In this document: piece after piece, positions 9,857 to 19,900 of the stretch | Layout: the number at the start of each line of letters is the position of its first letter | Numbering within the stretch: position 1 is the first letter of the stretch | Origin: an uncultured archaeon | GTDB lineage: Archaea > Altiarchaeota > Altiarchaeia > JAFGQM01 | Assembly: GCA_964619365.1 (NCBI GenBank) | Contig: CAZUDQ010000011.1 | Location: 1 to 46,761 of the forward strand | Reading direction: 5' to 3' | DNA: 46,761 nt | Program-made: the position numbers and the translations under genes | Notes under the pieces: model-generated | What the model was told of the DNA's origin: nothing | Seen by the model: the letters and a program-made list of their open reading frames with translations, nothing else | The model's database searches: none

Positions 9857-11749
9857 ATGAAAATAAACAACGTTTTTAAAACTGGTATATTGGCAGCAAT
9901 CTTGCTTCTTGTAGCAATGCCTCTTGCATCTGCGTTTGAATTAAGCGTAGGGTGGGGGACAGGATACGGCTATGGATACGGTGGCTATGGATACGGAACT
10001 GGCTATGGATACGGAACTGGCTATGGATACGGAACTGGCTATGGATACGGAACTGGCTATGGATATGGTGGCTATCCCTATTACCCTTATGCAGTTAACG
10101 ATTATTACTCCGGTACAACCTATTATGGAACTGGATACGGAGATTACAGCTATTATTACCCCAGTCCGGACTATACGTTTGGATACGGTACGGGATATGC
10201 CCAGGACACAAGTCAGTATGTGGACAGTAGCTCAACAGTATATGTAGAAACACCCACATACACTGATTACTCAAGTAACTCTCTTTCCCATGCAACCACC
10301 CAAACTTACTGTGGAGACGGAATGTGCTCTGCAAGTGAGTCACAACAAAGCTGCCCCGCAGACTGCACCCCCGGATCCTATTGTGGTGACGGGGTTTGTG
10401 CAGGAGGGGAAACCTACGAATCATGCAGCTACGATTGCGAGAAGAAGAATAACTATTATTGTGGAGACGGCATCTGTTATGGCGGCGAGACAAAGTACTC
10501 CTGCCCGACAGATTGTGGCGCCCCTTCTTACTGTGGAGACGGAACTTGCGATAAAGACGAAACAAAACTTTCCTGTCCAAAAGACTGCGGTCTTGAGTCG
10601 TATTGCGGAAACGGAGTCTGTGACAAGGATGAGTCAAGTTACAATTGCGCAACAGACTGCGGTCTCCCGAATTTCTGCGGAGACGGAACTTGTGACAAAG
10701 ATGAGTCAAAGTATTCCTGCCCGACAGACTGCGGTTACCCTTCCTGTTCAAAGCCTTATGGTAACGAAGGCCAGAAGACCTGCTCAGGCCAGGAGATTCT
10801 CACATGTATGAGTGGTCTTTGGGATTTTGAGCGCTCGGTTCAGTGTTGCGGCGATTACGATTGTCCAAACGGATATTCCTGCAGTGGTTACTCCTGTGTA
10901 AAGGATGTAGCGATAATCTGTGGGGACGGACGCTGTTCTGACGGCGAAACGTCTTACAACTGCCCTTATGACTGTGGCATGCTCCCATGCACCGGATGCG
11001 AGTCCTCAGTAGTGTGTGGTGATGGTTATTGTGATTTTTCAAGAGGCGAATCATGTTCAAGCTGTCCTTATGACTGCGGTTCATGTGCGCCTAAAAACTA
11101 TTGTGGAGACGGTATATGTGACCTTAACACAGAATCTCAATATACTTGTCCACAGGATTGTGGGGACCCCATAAGCCACGAAGTCACGATGATTGCAGCA
11201 GATGACTGCATGGAAATTGTGCGCGGTAATAATGGCGAGTACCAGATACTTCTTACAAACAGAGGCGATGCTACAGAAACATTATCGATAATAATCTCAG
11301 GAGAGGCGGCTTCTTGGACGAGTGTGGCAGAAAGCCAGGTGACGCTTCTTCCAGAACAGAGTCGCGACCTTGATGTCTTTGTACATGTTCCAAGCGGACA
11401 GTCACCGGGACTTTACACACTTAATGTTAAGGCGAGAAACTCGAACCTTGAAGTTACAGATGAGCTTAAAGTGGATGTAAAGCTTCTAGACTTACAGACT
11501 TCAGTCAATGCTACAGAGACTGGAAGTGAGAATGAGGGCAACAATACACAAAGCGGAGTCATCCTTAGTCCGACAGGAGCTGTGATAGGTGGGATAGAAA
11601 TACCTATCTTGTGGATTGCAGTCGTGCTTGTTGTGGCGTGTGCGCTTCTTGGAGCCTACATTATAACAAAAAAGAGTCCCAAGTCTATGCCCGCTGCAGA
11701 AGTCACATACAAGAAATACGTCTCAAGCCATAATGTAACTGGCAAGTAA
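9857..11749 (+). CDS. Surface protein: Gly-Tyr repeat head, nine CG[D/N]GxC...CPxDC-type Cys repeats, Ig-like domain, C-terminal TM
   Basis: ATG 9857 follows a GGTGG SD-like sequence; signal peptide ..AMPLASA; GYGTGY repeats; YCGDGxC repeats; PTGAVI then TM. Confidence 0.85.
   Translation: MKINNVFKTGILAAILLLVAMPLASAFELSVGWGTGYGYGYGGYGYGTGYGYGTGYGYGTGYGYGTGYGYGGYPYYPYAVNDYYSGTTYYGTGYGDYSYYYPSPDYTFGYGTGYAQDTSQYVDSSSTVYVETPTYTDYSSNSLSHATTQTYCGDGMCSASESQQSCPADCTPGSYCGDGVCAGGETYESCSYDCEKKNNYYCGDGICYGGETKYSCPTDCGAPSYCGDGTCDKDETKLSCPKDCGLESYCGNGVCDKDESSYNCATDCGLPNFCGDGTCDKDESKYSCPTDCGYPSCSKPYGNEGQKTCSGQEILTCMSGLWDFERSVQCCGDYDCPNGYSCSGYSCVKDVAIICGDGRCSDGETSYNCPYDCGMLPCTGCESSVVCGDGYCDFSRGESCSSCPYDCGSCAPKNYCGDGICDLNTESQYTCPQDCGDPISHEVTMIAADDCMEIVRGNNGEYQILLTNRGDATETLSIIISGEAASWTSVAESQVTLLPEQSRDLDVFVHVPSGQSPGLYTLNVKARNSNLEVTDELKVDVKLLDLQTSVNATETGSENEGNNTQSGVILSPTGAVIGGIEIPILWIAVVLVVACALLGAYIITKKSPKSMPAAEVTYKKYVSSHNVTGK
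9983..10065 (+). repeat. Perfect 18-nt tandem repeat ggctatggatacggaact x4 plus a partial copy (GYGYGT)
   Basis: Copies start at 9983, 10001, 10019 and 10037, with a partial copy at 10055. Confidence 0.92.
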
Positions 11750-11755
11750 AAAACG

Positions 11756-12358
11756 ATGAAACAAATAACAGTATTCCTTGTTGTGCTAGCGGCAATAATG
11801 TTTAGTGCTTCTGCACTATCAGAGCTGGACATCGAACCCGTTTCGACAGAGGCTTGTTGCGGCACTGTAAAGTACGTATTATTGGTATCAAATGACCAGC
11901 CTTACCAGCGTTTTTACTCACTAAAGGCAACAGCTGATGAGGGAATAACGGTTGAACTGGCCCCAGACGTAATTTCAGTCGATGCAAACTCAAAAGAGAC
12001 GCTGATGCTTGTTGCCCGCCACAATTGCGACGAGAACAGACTAGCACCAGGAGCGTATTCAATACAGGTAACTGCAAAATGCGAAGTATGTGCAAATGAG
12101 ACTTATATCGCGAGTGCAAAACTCGTTGTTCCGGATTCATGTACATTACCAGTTCGTGTGAGCGAGCCAAAACCTGAAGAGAATAATACTACAGTTCAAA
12201 CTGAAGTGAATGAAACAGAGCCAACTAAACTCATCGCACCCACAGGAATGGCAGTAAGTTCCAAAGAGCCATCCAGCGAGACAACATTACCATGGACTCT
12301 TGCAGGGGTGTTTGCGTGTCTTAGTATTGCACTGGCCATAATCATAATAAAAAAATAA
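11756..12358 (+). CDS. Small anchored surface protein with one Cys-containing Ig-like domain
   Basis: Signal peptide, one beta-sandwich-like segment, Pro/Thr/Glu linker, PTGMAV, C-terminal TM ending KK; starts 6 bp after the previous gene. Confidence 0.8.
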   Translation: MKQITVFLVVLAAIMFSASALSELDIEPVSTEACCGTVKYVLLVSNDQPYQRFYSLKATADEGITVELAPDVISVDANSKETLMLVARHNCDENRLAPGAYSIQVTAKCEVCANETYIASAKLVVPDSCTLPVRVSEPKPEENNTTVQTEVNETEPTKLIAPTGMAVSSKEPSSETTLPWTLAGVFACLSIALAIIIIKK

Positions 12359-12359
12359 G

Positions 12360-14357
12360 ATGGAGACAAAGAACCTTGCTATATTTGTTTTAGCACTCAT
12401 TGGACTTACCGGTTTTGTCAGTGGTGCATGCAATGATTGCAGCCTTCAGGTAATCCCTGTAGCAAACAGTGTTTGTGCCGGTGAGCCTGCGCTCTTTGAC
12501 CTTGAGTTAACAAACATCTACGACGCTCCAAAAGAAATAAGTCTTAGTGCGGAAGGAGATGTTGCAATGAAAACGAATATGTCTTCAGCCGTAATGGTTG
12601 ATGCGTACGGGACAAAGGTTTTAAGGACTTCTTTTAGTCCATCAGAATATCCTTCTATTGGCGAGCACAGGCTTCGTATAACCGCAGAAGGATACGGCGT
12701 ACTAGATTCTGATGATGCTCTTTTTTACGTCAATGACTGCCACGCAGCTGGTCTCACACTTTCTTCAGACAAAGTAAGCTTATGTCAGGACGCAGTTGGA
12801 CGAGTCGATGTACTAGTGTCAAACACAGGTGACCGAAAGGACACATATTCAGTTGGCGTTGGCGGGATACCAAAGGCGCTTAAGGTAACTCTTGGAACTG
12901 GCACATTTGTCCTTGCTCCAGGCGAATCAAGAACATTTTCTCTTACAATAGAAGCGCTTAATAATGCATTTGGCGACTATGATCTTAGCGTCAGTGTCGA
13001 TTCACAATCAGGAAAGACTGTTAAAAGGAACCTTGGAGTAAGCCTTACAAACTGTTATCGCGTCAAGTTAGATGCCCCAGAAGAATTCAAGACCTGTCCA
13101 AGTGCAGGCCTCAGTTACACAGTAACTCTAAAGAACGGCGGATGCGCTAAGGACAATTACGAGATAGAAGTGGCAGGATGTGGCGCAAGAGTATCCAAAA
13201 CTAATCTTGACCTCGCGCCCGGAGAAGAAACAGAAATCATTGTGAGCGTTCCTGCGTCGGCAAAAGACTGCGTTACCACGGTATTTGCAAGAAGTGAGTA
13301 TGACGTGACAAGCGCGAGTACACATGTACGTGTCCTTGATTGCTATGACGTTGATATCGAAATAATCCCTGGTGAAGTATCAGCATGCCGTGGTGAACCG
13401 ATAGATTATATCTTAAATGTTACAAACACGGGTTTTTACGCAGATTCATATTCCCTGCTCCTAAGCGGGCTTAATGTGAACTTAGACCCAAATCAGATTT
13501 ATCTGACTTCAGAAGAAAGCAAACAGATTCCTTTTACTATGTGGGGACTTTGGTGTGTTCCAACTGATGATGCCAGCTTCTATGCCTTTGCAAAGGGACA
13601 GAGCTCTGATAAGGCTGAAGGGAAGCTCCATTTCATAACAGCAAAAGACGGCGTATGTTCCGGACTTGAGCTGATGCCTTCAATAGACTCACAGGAAATA
13701 AACTGCGACTCTGGCGCTTATGAGTTCTACGTCAAAAACACAGGTTATACAATTCAGGAAGTCGTTATAACAAGCTCATCCGATGGTGTTACCATACAGC
13801 CACAGAAAATCAAGATTCAGCCGTATGAAGCAAGACCTATTGCCGCGTACATAACACATGGCACAACAGCAGACAAGATAACAATAAGTGCGGAGAGCGA
13901 AGATAAGCGTGCGTTCCTAGAGCTTGAAATTAATGAAACAAACGGCGTTTGCACAGTCTCAAGACCCAAAGCTCCAGAGGAGTCAGTAGACACCCTCTTA
14001 GAATTACCAGAAGGTTCATTTGGCATTGATAATTCAACAACAAATAACACAGTAAAGAATAACACGACAGGTGCGGCAATATTCTTTGACGAAAAATCAG
14101 TTCAGCTGATTGTTGTGGGCTGTATTGCAGCTGTGACCCTTGCATTACTCGCACTTATCCTCAGGCCAAAAAAAGTCTGCCCGGCCAAAGTAAAAAAGAC
14201 CTCGCATTCTCTTGAAGCCGCAAGGCGCATCAAGGAGAACGCCAAAAAGGCAAAGCTCCCTGTAAAGAAAGCAACAAAAGGCAAATCCTCTGAAAAAGAC
14301 GAGGACAAAGACCACATAAAAAAGATAAAAAGCGCCATATCAAAGGCCGAGAAATAA
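12360..14357 (+). CDS. Anchored surface protein with about five tandem Cys-pinned Ig-like (NEW3/CARDB-like) domains and a Lys-rich cytoplasmic tail
   Basis: Repeated C..G....L.N.G...D.Y.l pattern; TTGAAI then TM; 1-bp gap from the previous gene. Confidence 0.8.
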   Translation: METKNLAIFVLALIGLTGFVSGACNDCSLQVIPVANSVCAGEPALFDLELTNIYDAPKEISLSAEGDVAMKTNMSSAVMVDAYGTKVLRTSFSPSEYPSIGEHRLRITAEGYGVLDSDDALFYVNDCHAAGLTLSSDKVSLCQDAVGRVDVLVSNTGDRKDTYSVGVGGIPKALKVTLGTGTFVLAPGESRTFSLTIEALNNAFGDYDLSVSVDSQSGKTVKRNLGVSLTNCYRVKLDAPEEFKTCPSAGLSYTVTLKNGGCAKDNYEIEVAGCGARVSKTNLDLAPGEETEIIVSVPASAKDCVTTVFARSEYDVTSASTHVRVLDCYDVDIEIIPGEVSACRGEPIDYILNVTNTGFYADSYSLLLSGLNVNLDPNQIYLTSEESKQIPFTMWGLWCVPTDDASFYAFAKGQSSDKAEGKLHFITAKDGVCSGLELMPSIDSQEINCDSGAYEFYVKNTGYTIQEVVITSSSDGVTIQPQKIKIQPYEARPIAAYITHGTTADKITISAESEDKRAFLELEINETNGVCTVSRPKAPEESVDTLLELPEGSFGIDNSTTNNTVKNNTTGAAIFFDEKSVQLIVVGCIAAVTLALLALILRPKKVCPAKVKKTSHSLEAARRIKENAKKAKLPVKKATKGKSSEKDEDKDHIKKIKSAISKAEK

Positions 14358-14607
14358 GCGCATCCTAATTCACTCTAACGCCCCCCGTACATCCCATTTA
14401 AACGGTTCTTTAGAAAGTTCTATACTTATTTCCTTACAATAATTACATCCACCTTCTTAGCTTGTGCTTGCGACTTTTTTTGATAAGAAAATAAGACAAA
14501 AGTAAGAAAGTAAGAAAAAAGTGCGTTTCTTTTTATACTTTCCACAAAAATAGTTCATTGTATTCCCAAACTAGTCCGCCGTAATAAGTTGACAACACGA
14601 AAATAAA

Positions 14608-15624
14608 ATGAAAACTAGGTTTGCGATTGGACTCGCAATAATCACACTGGTGTTTCTTGCTCTTGTGCTACCTGCACAGGCAACCTACTACTATACGGAC
14701 GAATACTTTGGCGCGCGCTTTGGCGATTCAAACCTAAGACCTGTTGTTAAGCAAAGTTCAAACACCATGCACTTTGTCGACTCAGACGCGTTCCATGACG
14801 GCTTTGGAAAAAGCAATCTTAAGACAGGTAATACTGGCACATCAAAAATCGTAACGATAAATCAAACAGATTCCGATTCATCAAGCCCACAAATCATTGA
14901 AAACAAAAGTTTAGAAACAAATAAAACCAAAGTCGAGGACTTTGTTGTGCTAAACGAAAGCAACGAAACAAATACCACAAACAAAACCTCGGCTAAACTT
15001 GAACTCTCTTTTGATGAGGATGAGCTAGATTCTGCAAACGAGTCAGAAGGTCCAATATTATTAGGTGATGGCAACAAAACCCTAATCGTGCTATCTGAAG
15101 CTAATGGAACTGTTATAGAAAAAACTCCTGAACTAACTGGGGATGATCTCACTCTTGGAATTCCAGAGGAAGTCAAGAGTCTAGCACCCACTGGTGCACT
15201 CCTCACGCACATGCGTTCTTCTCAGCAGTTAATGGCAGTAGGCATGCTCTTTGTTGTTGTAATCATAATGTTGGCAGTTCTCTTTACCCGCAACAAAAAG
15301 CCAAAGAAAAAAGCGAAGAAGATAACAAACAAAGCAGAGAAAAAAGAGCTCAAAGCCGACAAGGAAGCAGAAAAGCCCGCGCCAAAAACAAAAGAAGATT
15401 CTGAGAACACCAAAGAAGTTTCCGAACCTGTAAAGAAAAACAGTGCTTGGGTCGAAGGAGACTTTTTCAGTCAGGCAAAGACCAAGAAAATTGCTTCAGA
15501 GAAAAAGAAGGAAGAATCCGCAAAAAAACAGGTAAAAGAAACTTCATCACCAAAGGCAAAAGAACCCAAAAAGGAATCCAAGCTTGAGACAAAGCCTTTC
15601 CTCCTTAAGATAAGTGAGGACTAA
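14608..15624 (+). CDS. Single-pass low-complexity surface protein with a long Lys/Glu-rich cytoplasmic tail
   Basis: Signal peptide, N-glycosylation sequons (NQT, NKS, NKT, NES, NET, NTT), PTGALL, TM, roughly 110-aa charged tail. Confidence 0.75.
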   Translation: MKTRFAIGLAIITLVFLALVLPAQATYYYTDEYFGARFGDSNLRPVVKQSSNTMHFVDSDAFHDGFGKSNLKTGNTGTSKIVTINQTDSDSSSPQIIENKSLETNKTKVEDFVVLNESNETNTTNKTSAKLELSFDEDELDSANESEGPILLGDGNKTLIVLSEANGTVIEKTPELTGDDLTLGIPEEVKSLAPTGALLTHMRSSQQLMAVGMLFVVVIIMLAVLFTRNKKPKKKAKKITNKAEKKELKADKEAEKPAPKTKEDSENTKEVSEPVKKNSAWVEGDFFSQAKTKKIASEKKKEESAKKQVKETSSPKAKEPKKESKLETKPFLLKISED

Positions 15625-15733
15625 TTCCACTAGTCTTTTAAGTGTTTGTCACATCTCTTCCTTAATATCTTCCCTTTTTATTTTCTCTCCCATTTACCTT
15701 AGCACTTTCCTTTCATAAGGGGTGGAAGAAATA

Positions 15734-17518
15734 ATGAACAAAAAAAGTTTAGTCGGGGCATTTGCCTTGGCCGTATTAATCGTATCGATGTTTGCAGGCG
15801 TTTCTGCACTCGTCTATCCAGCAACAGATATTGAGATTGTTGTTGTAGACAAGTATGACAGCCCAATTAAGGGCGCGACAGTGAAATTTAGAACCAGTAG
15901 CGGAGGCACAGCCTGCTCAAATGGCGGAACACTCACAACAGACTCAAAAGGAAGGGTCTATTGCGATAACGTTGACATGTATTATAACTATAAAATAGAA
16001 GTCACAGCGAACAAGTACCAAAAGATTTCCAATTATAGGGACCTTAAGGATTTTGACTGCGATGACTGCACATTGAAAGTGGTTATGCGTCCGGATACCG
16101 CGCGCCTGAGAATTTATGTCCAGGACGAAGATGGATATTCAGTAAGCGCCGCTTCAGTCAAGATAGAAAGCGATGACTCCAGCCGTTCAAAAAGCAAATT
16201 CGGCGGTTATGACATGATAATCTTCCCGGACAGTGCAAGCAAGTATGAAGGGTATGAATATACAAACACGATAAAGACCGATTCCAGTGGAAAGGCGACC
16301 TTTGAAGATATTGAGTCCGACTGTGACTACGAAGTACGCGCATCAAAAAGCGGCTATGATTCAACCGATCGCACAGTACATCTTGATCTCGACTCAAACC
16401 GTGAAAGGACAATGACTCTTGACGGTGGAAGTTCTTCATACGGTCAGGCAACATATACTACAATAACTTATGATGCCACCACGAGAACGCCCATTGAAGG
16501 TGCAACAGTTACTGTGATGGACAGGCGAAGCTACTCAAAATGGACGCTTACCTCAAACACAGACGGTATTGCAGTATTTAATGTCCCGCCAGCCTGTTAT
16601 GATTCAGCATCCACAAAGACAGGCTATGGCACAGATGCCGAGACTAATTTCTGCCTTTCAGACGGTTCAGCAACAACAAAGAGCTTTTACATCCAGAGTT
16701 TAAAGCGCCCGCCGATTGCAGACGCAGGAGCAGACCAGTATGCGACACCAGGTCAAGTATTTACTCTTGATGGAAGTGAATCTGTTGACCCCAACGGAGA
16801 CCCGCTTACTTACGCGTGGACAGACTCTCTGGGCGAATCCATAAAGGCCGGAGAAGTTGTCGAAGCATCATTCCAGAAAGCTGGAACGCATGTTGTGACA
16901 CTCACCGTTGATGATGGTTACAACACAGACTCTGACTCGTGCAACATTTATGTCTCAAATCCACAGAACTGTGGTGACGGCGTATGTGACGAGATAAAAC
17001 AGGAGACTGGAAGCTGTCCGCAGGATTGCCCAATATGTGGTGATGGAGTATGTGGAAAGAACGCAGATGAGCAGGAGGACAACGCTCAGAATTCAGCGTA
17101 CTGTCCGGTGGATTGTGATATCGCAGTCGAGATTCTTGTCATGACAAACTCCGAGCCGATAACAAAAGGCCAGAGTGCGACAGTCGAGATTGTCGACCCA
17201 CAGACAAAGCAACCAATCGGAAAAGGCGGGGAAGCAATAATCACAAACCCACAAGGGACTGTATTTAACGAGGATCTTGTTGGCGGTAAAGTACAGGGAT
17301 CCTTTGATTATGCGGGGACGTATACGATAAAGGCGAGTGCAACAGACTATGCCGGCGCGACAAAGACCTTGCAGGTGGCAGAGGAGCCTTCTGACTGGAC
17401 TATGTTGATAGTCGCTCTAGTGATTATCATTGCAATAATTGCCATCTATATGTTTCTTTCCTCGAAGAAAAAGCATTATCCGATAGAAGGTGACCACCCA
17501 GCAGAACACACCCCTTAA
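15734..17518 (+). CDS. Surface protein: carboxypeptidase-regulatory-like domains, PKD domain, CGDG Cys repeats, Ig domain, TM
   Basis: ATG 15734 after ggggtgga; motifs TTDSKGRV, PPIADAGADQ...LDGSESVDPNGDPLTYAW and CGDGVC; C-terminal TM. Confidence 0.85.
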   Translation: MNKKSLVGAFALAVLIVSMFAGVSALVYPATDIEIVVVDKYDSPIKGATVKFRTSSGGTACSNGGTLTTDSKGRVYCDNVDMYYNYKIEVTANKYQKISNYRDLKDFDCDDCTLKVVMRPDTARLRIYVQDEDGYSVSAASVKIESDDSSRSKSKFGGYDMIIFPDSASKYEGYEYTNTIKTDSSGKATFEDIESDCDYEVRASKSGYDSTDRTVHLDLDSNRERTMTLDGGSSSYGQATYTTITYDATTRTPIEGATVTVMDRRSYSKWTLTSNTDGIAVFNVPPACYDSASTKTGYGTDAETNFCLSDGSATTKSFYIQSLKRPPIADAGADQYATPGQVFTLDGSESVDPNGDPLTYAWTDSLGESIKAGEVVEASFQKAGTHVVTLTVDDGYNTDSDSCNIYVSNPQNCGDGVCDEIKQETGSCPQDCPICGDGVCGKNADEQEDNAQNSAYCPVDCDIAVEILVMTNSEPITKGQSATVEIVDPQTKQPIGKGGEAIITNPQGTVFNEDLVGGKVQGSFDYAGTYTIKASATDYAGATKTLQVAEEPSDWTMLIVALVIIIAIIAIYMFLSSKKKHYPIEGDHPAEHTP

Positions 17519-17539
17519 TTTATGAGATAGCGTGTATTT

Positions 17540-17622
17540 CCGTGCCTTTGGCACGGGTATAATCTTATTTTGTAAATTCACATCCAGCTATTTTGGGGCT
17601 GGATGTGTTAATTTTTTGTTTT
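17540..17622 (+). terminator. Two perfect hairpins followed by a T-rich tract
   Basis: ccgtgcc-ttt-ggcacgg (17540-17556) and cacatccagc-9nt-gctggatgtg (17579-17607), then ttaattttttgtttt. Confidence 0.5.
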
Positions 17623-17770
17623 GCCCCGTCACGAATTTAAGGCGGGATTACTACCTTTTTATACCTCTTTTTTTAGGGAACCTAAATTCTGCTCAAAAAC
17701 AGTAACGTTTTTATAGGTCGAGACCTTAACGTATGCGAAAATATTCAACTCGTAAAAAATTGTTGTTAAA

Positions 17771-19645
17771 ATGGATTCCAAAAAAATAGTTCTCGCATTT
17801 GCGCTTGTCGCAGTATTGATGATTCCAGCTGCCCTGGCGTCATCAGAATATATGAACGTCAAAGTAGTAGGTAAAAGTGTCGATTCAGACGGTGACCTTA
17901 AGATTGTCGACCTTGAAGATGCTGAAGTCACGATAAAATTTGAGGATGACGGCGATACAAACACATCCTGCCATAAAGTTAAGACGGATGGCGACGGTTG
18001 GATAGACTCCGAAGGTGATTGCGATAAGATTCCAGATGAGGCAGATATTGTAGAACTAAAAGTCGAGCACGATGATTACTTAACAACAGATGTTGATAAC
18101 GATGATTATGATTTTTTAGATGACTGGGATGATAATAAGAATGAGATACTCATCGTTCTTAGCCCAAAAGACGAGCTCTCAATAGAGATAGTCGTAGTTG
18201 ATGACGATGACGATGAAATCTCAAATGTAGATGTCACTGTCGAATCACTTGACAAAGATTGGGATGCAGATGATTTCAGGGACGTCGCAGATTATGAGGA
18301 TGCAGACCTTGTGGCGTTTATAGGTGGCGAAGAAGAATATCCCAAGTTTGATTATGATGAAGACGAGTCGTCAGACTCTGACGGGATAACAAACTTTGAC
18401 AGTCTTGCATTTGGCACGCGTTATAAGATAGTCGCAGAAAAAAGCAAATACCGCTCTAATGAAAAGTTCATAGTACTGGGTAAAAATGATGATGAAAAGG
18501 ATTACGAGCTTGAACTTGAGCGCACAGGAACTGCAGTTGCAACAGTTACTGTAAAAGATAACGAAGGCTTACTTGTATCCAATGCAGAAGTGACTCTTGT
18601 TAACAAGAGGACCGATGCCGAATATGTCGAGCTTACCAGTGCAGGAGGCTCCGCAGTATTCAGGAATGTTGTTGCACCCGACTCCTATGATATTGCAATA
18701 ACAAAGAGTGGGTACTCAACAGCATCAGACACAGATTACTACATATCCCTTGACGGTATGTCGCGGACATTCATACTCCAGAAACTAACTCCTGATAACC
18801 GTCCGCCGGTTCTTGTACTCGTAAAGGAGACCTATGAAGTCATGCTTGGAACAGAACTTGATTTCGCAGATGCAATAGATGTTTCCGACCCAGATGACGA
18901 CGAGCTTGTCATTGTTTGGATGGACTCTGGGATTCAGATTGCAACAGGTCTTACTCCAAAGCTTCTTTTTGATACGGCTGGCGAGCATAAAATCACAGTA
19001 AAAGTCTCTGACGGCTATGACGAAGTGATAAAGATAATAACAATCAATGTCATCTCGCCTGATGATTGTGGTGACGGTATTTGCTCCATTGCTGAAAAAG
19101 AAGCAGGGACTTGTCCAGAGGATTGTCCCGTATGTGCTGACGGCATTTGCGGAGCTGGAGAAGGTGTTTCCGACTCGCCAGAATACTGCCCGGAGGATTG
19201 CAACATATCACTTACAATAACTTTAGGTGTTTCTCTTTCAGAGACGCTTTATGTGGGCAACGAGACAACAATATCTGCAATCGACCCTGCGACAAAAGCA
19301 CCGATATTGGGGGCCACAGTAAAAATAATCACGCCAAACGGCTCTGAAGAGATGCTCAGTACGGTTGCAGGAAGTGTTGATTACACTTTTACGACAGCAG
19401 GAACTTATGTTGTGGCAATCAGCGCTGACAGATACATGGGAGACCTGGTTGAAGTCAAGGTAGAAGCAAAAGGTAATGACCTGATTTTATGGATTGTAGT
19501 AATCATAGTTATTGTCGTTGCGGTCTTTTTCATAATCCGTTATATGAACGAGAACGGAGGCTTTAAGTTCGGCGGAAAAAAGAGTAAAGGTTATCGCACG
19601 GGTGGCAATTACAAACGCAATAAATCAACACTCGGGTCAATTTAA
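17771..19645 (+). CDS. Highly acidic paralog of the 15734 protein with the same domain order
   Basis: Signal peptide, Asp-rich N-terminal half, NRPP..DPDDDEL..W PKD-like segment, CGDGIC x2, Ig domain, TM. Confidence 0.85.
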   Translation: MDSKKIVLAFALVAVLMIPAALASSEYMNVKVVGKSVDSDGDLKIVDLEDAEVTIKFEDDGDTNTSCHKVKTDGDGWIDSEGDCDKIPDEADIVELKVEHDDYLTTDVDNDDYDFLDDWDDNKNEILIVLSPKDELSIEIVVVDDDDDEISNVDVTVESLDKDWDADDFRDVADYEDADLVAFIGGEEEYPKFDYDEDESSDSDGITNFDSLAFGTRYKIVAEKSKYRSNEKFIVLGKNDDEKDYELELERTGTAVATVTVKDNEGLLVSNAEVTLVNKRTDAEYVELTSAGGSAVFRNVVAPDSYDIAITKSGYSTASDTDYYISLDGMSRTFILQKLTPDNRPPVLVLVKETYEVMLGTELDFADAIDVSDPDDDELVIVWMDSGIQIATGLTPKLLFDTAGEHKITVKVSDGYDEVIKIITINVISPDDCGDGICSIAEKEAGTCPEDCPVCADGICGAGEGVSDSPEYCPEDCNISLTITLGVSLSETLYVGNETTISAIDPATKAPILGATVKIITPNGSEEMLSTVAGSVDYTFTTAGTYVVAISADRYMGDLVEVKVEAKGNDLILWIVVIIVIVVAVFFIIRYMNENGGFKFGGKKSKGYRTGGNYKRNKSTLGSI

Positions 19646-19740
19646 ACTACACAAAGGGTCAATAATTTTGGCTCTTTCCTTTATATTCTTTTTTATTATA
19701 ATATCAATAGTTATACCCAAAGTCCAAAATAGGAAAAGAA

Positions 19741-19893
19741 ATGGCTAGATTTGAAGAAGCAGAAAGTAGGAATCTTGATGTCCTCATATGCAGAAAATGC
19801 AATGCACGCAACCCGAAAGGCGCCAAGCGTTGCAGGAAGTGCTCAAGCACACAGTTAAGGAGAAAGCACAAAGAGTCAAAAGCTGGGAAATAA
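19741..19893 (+). CDS. rpl40e: 50S ribosomal protein L40e
   Basis: Manual translation [50 protein letters not shown], with the [15 protein letters not shown] zinc-ribbon signature. Too short to appear in the ORF track. Confidence 0.95.
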   Translation: MARFEEAESRNLDVLICRKCNARNPKGAKRCRKCSSTQLRRKHKESKAGK

Positions 19894-19900
19894 GATTAAA

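Noticed and set aside
14358-14607. tRNA or other known RNA gene in the larger intergenic gaps (also 46220-46381)
   Set aside because: No cloverleaf or T-loop GTTCRA signature was recognised; the gaps are AT-rich and promoter/terminator-like.
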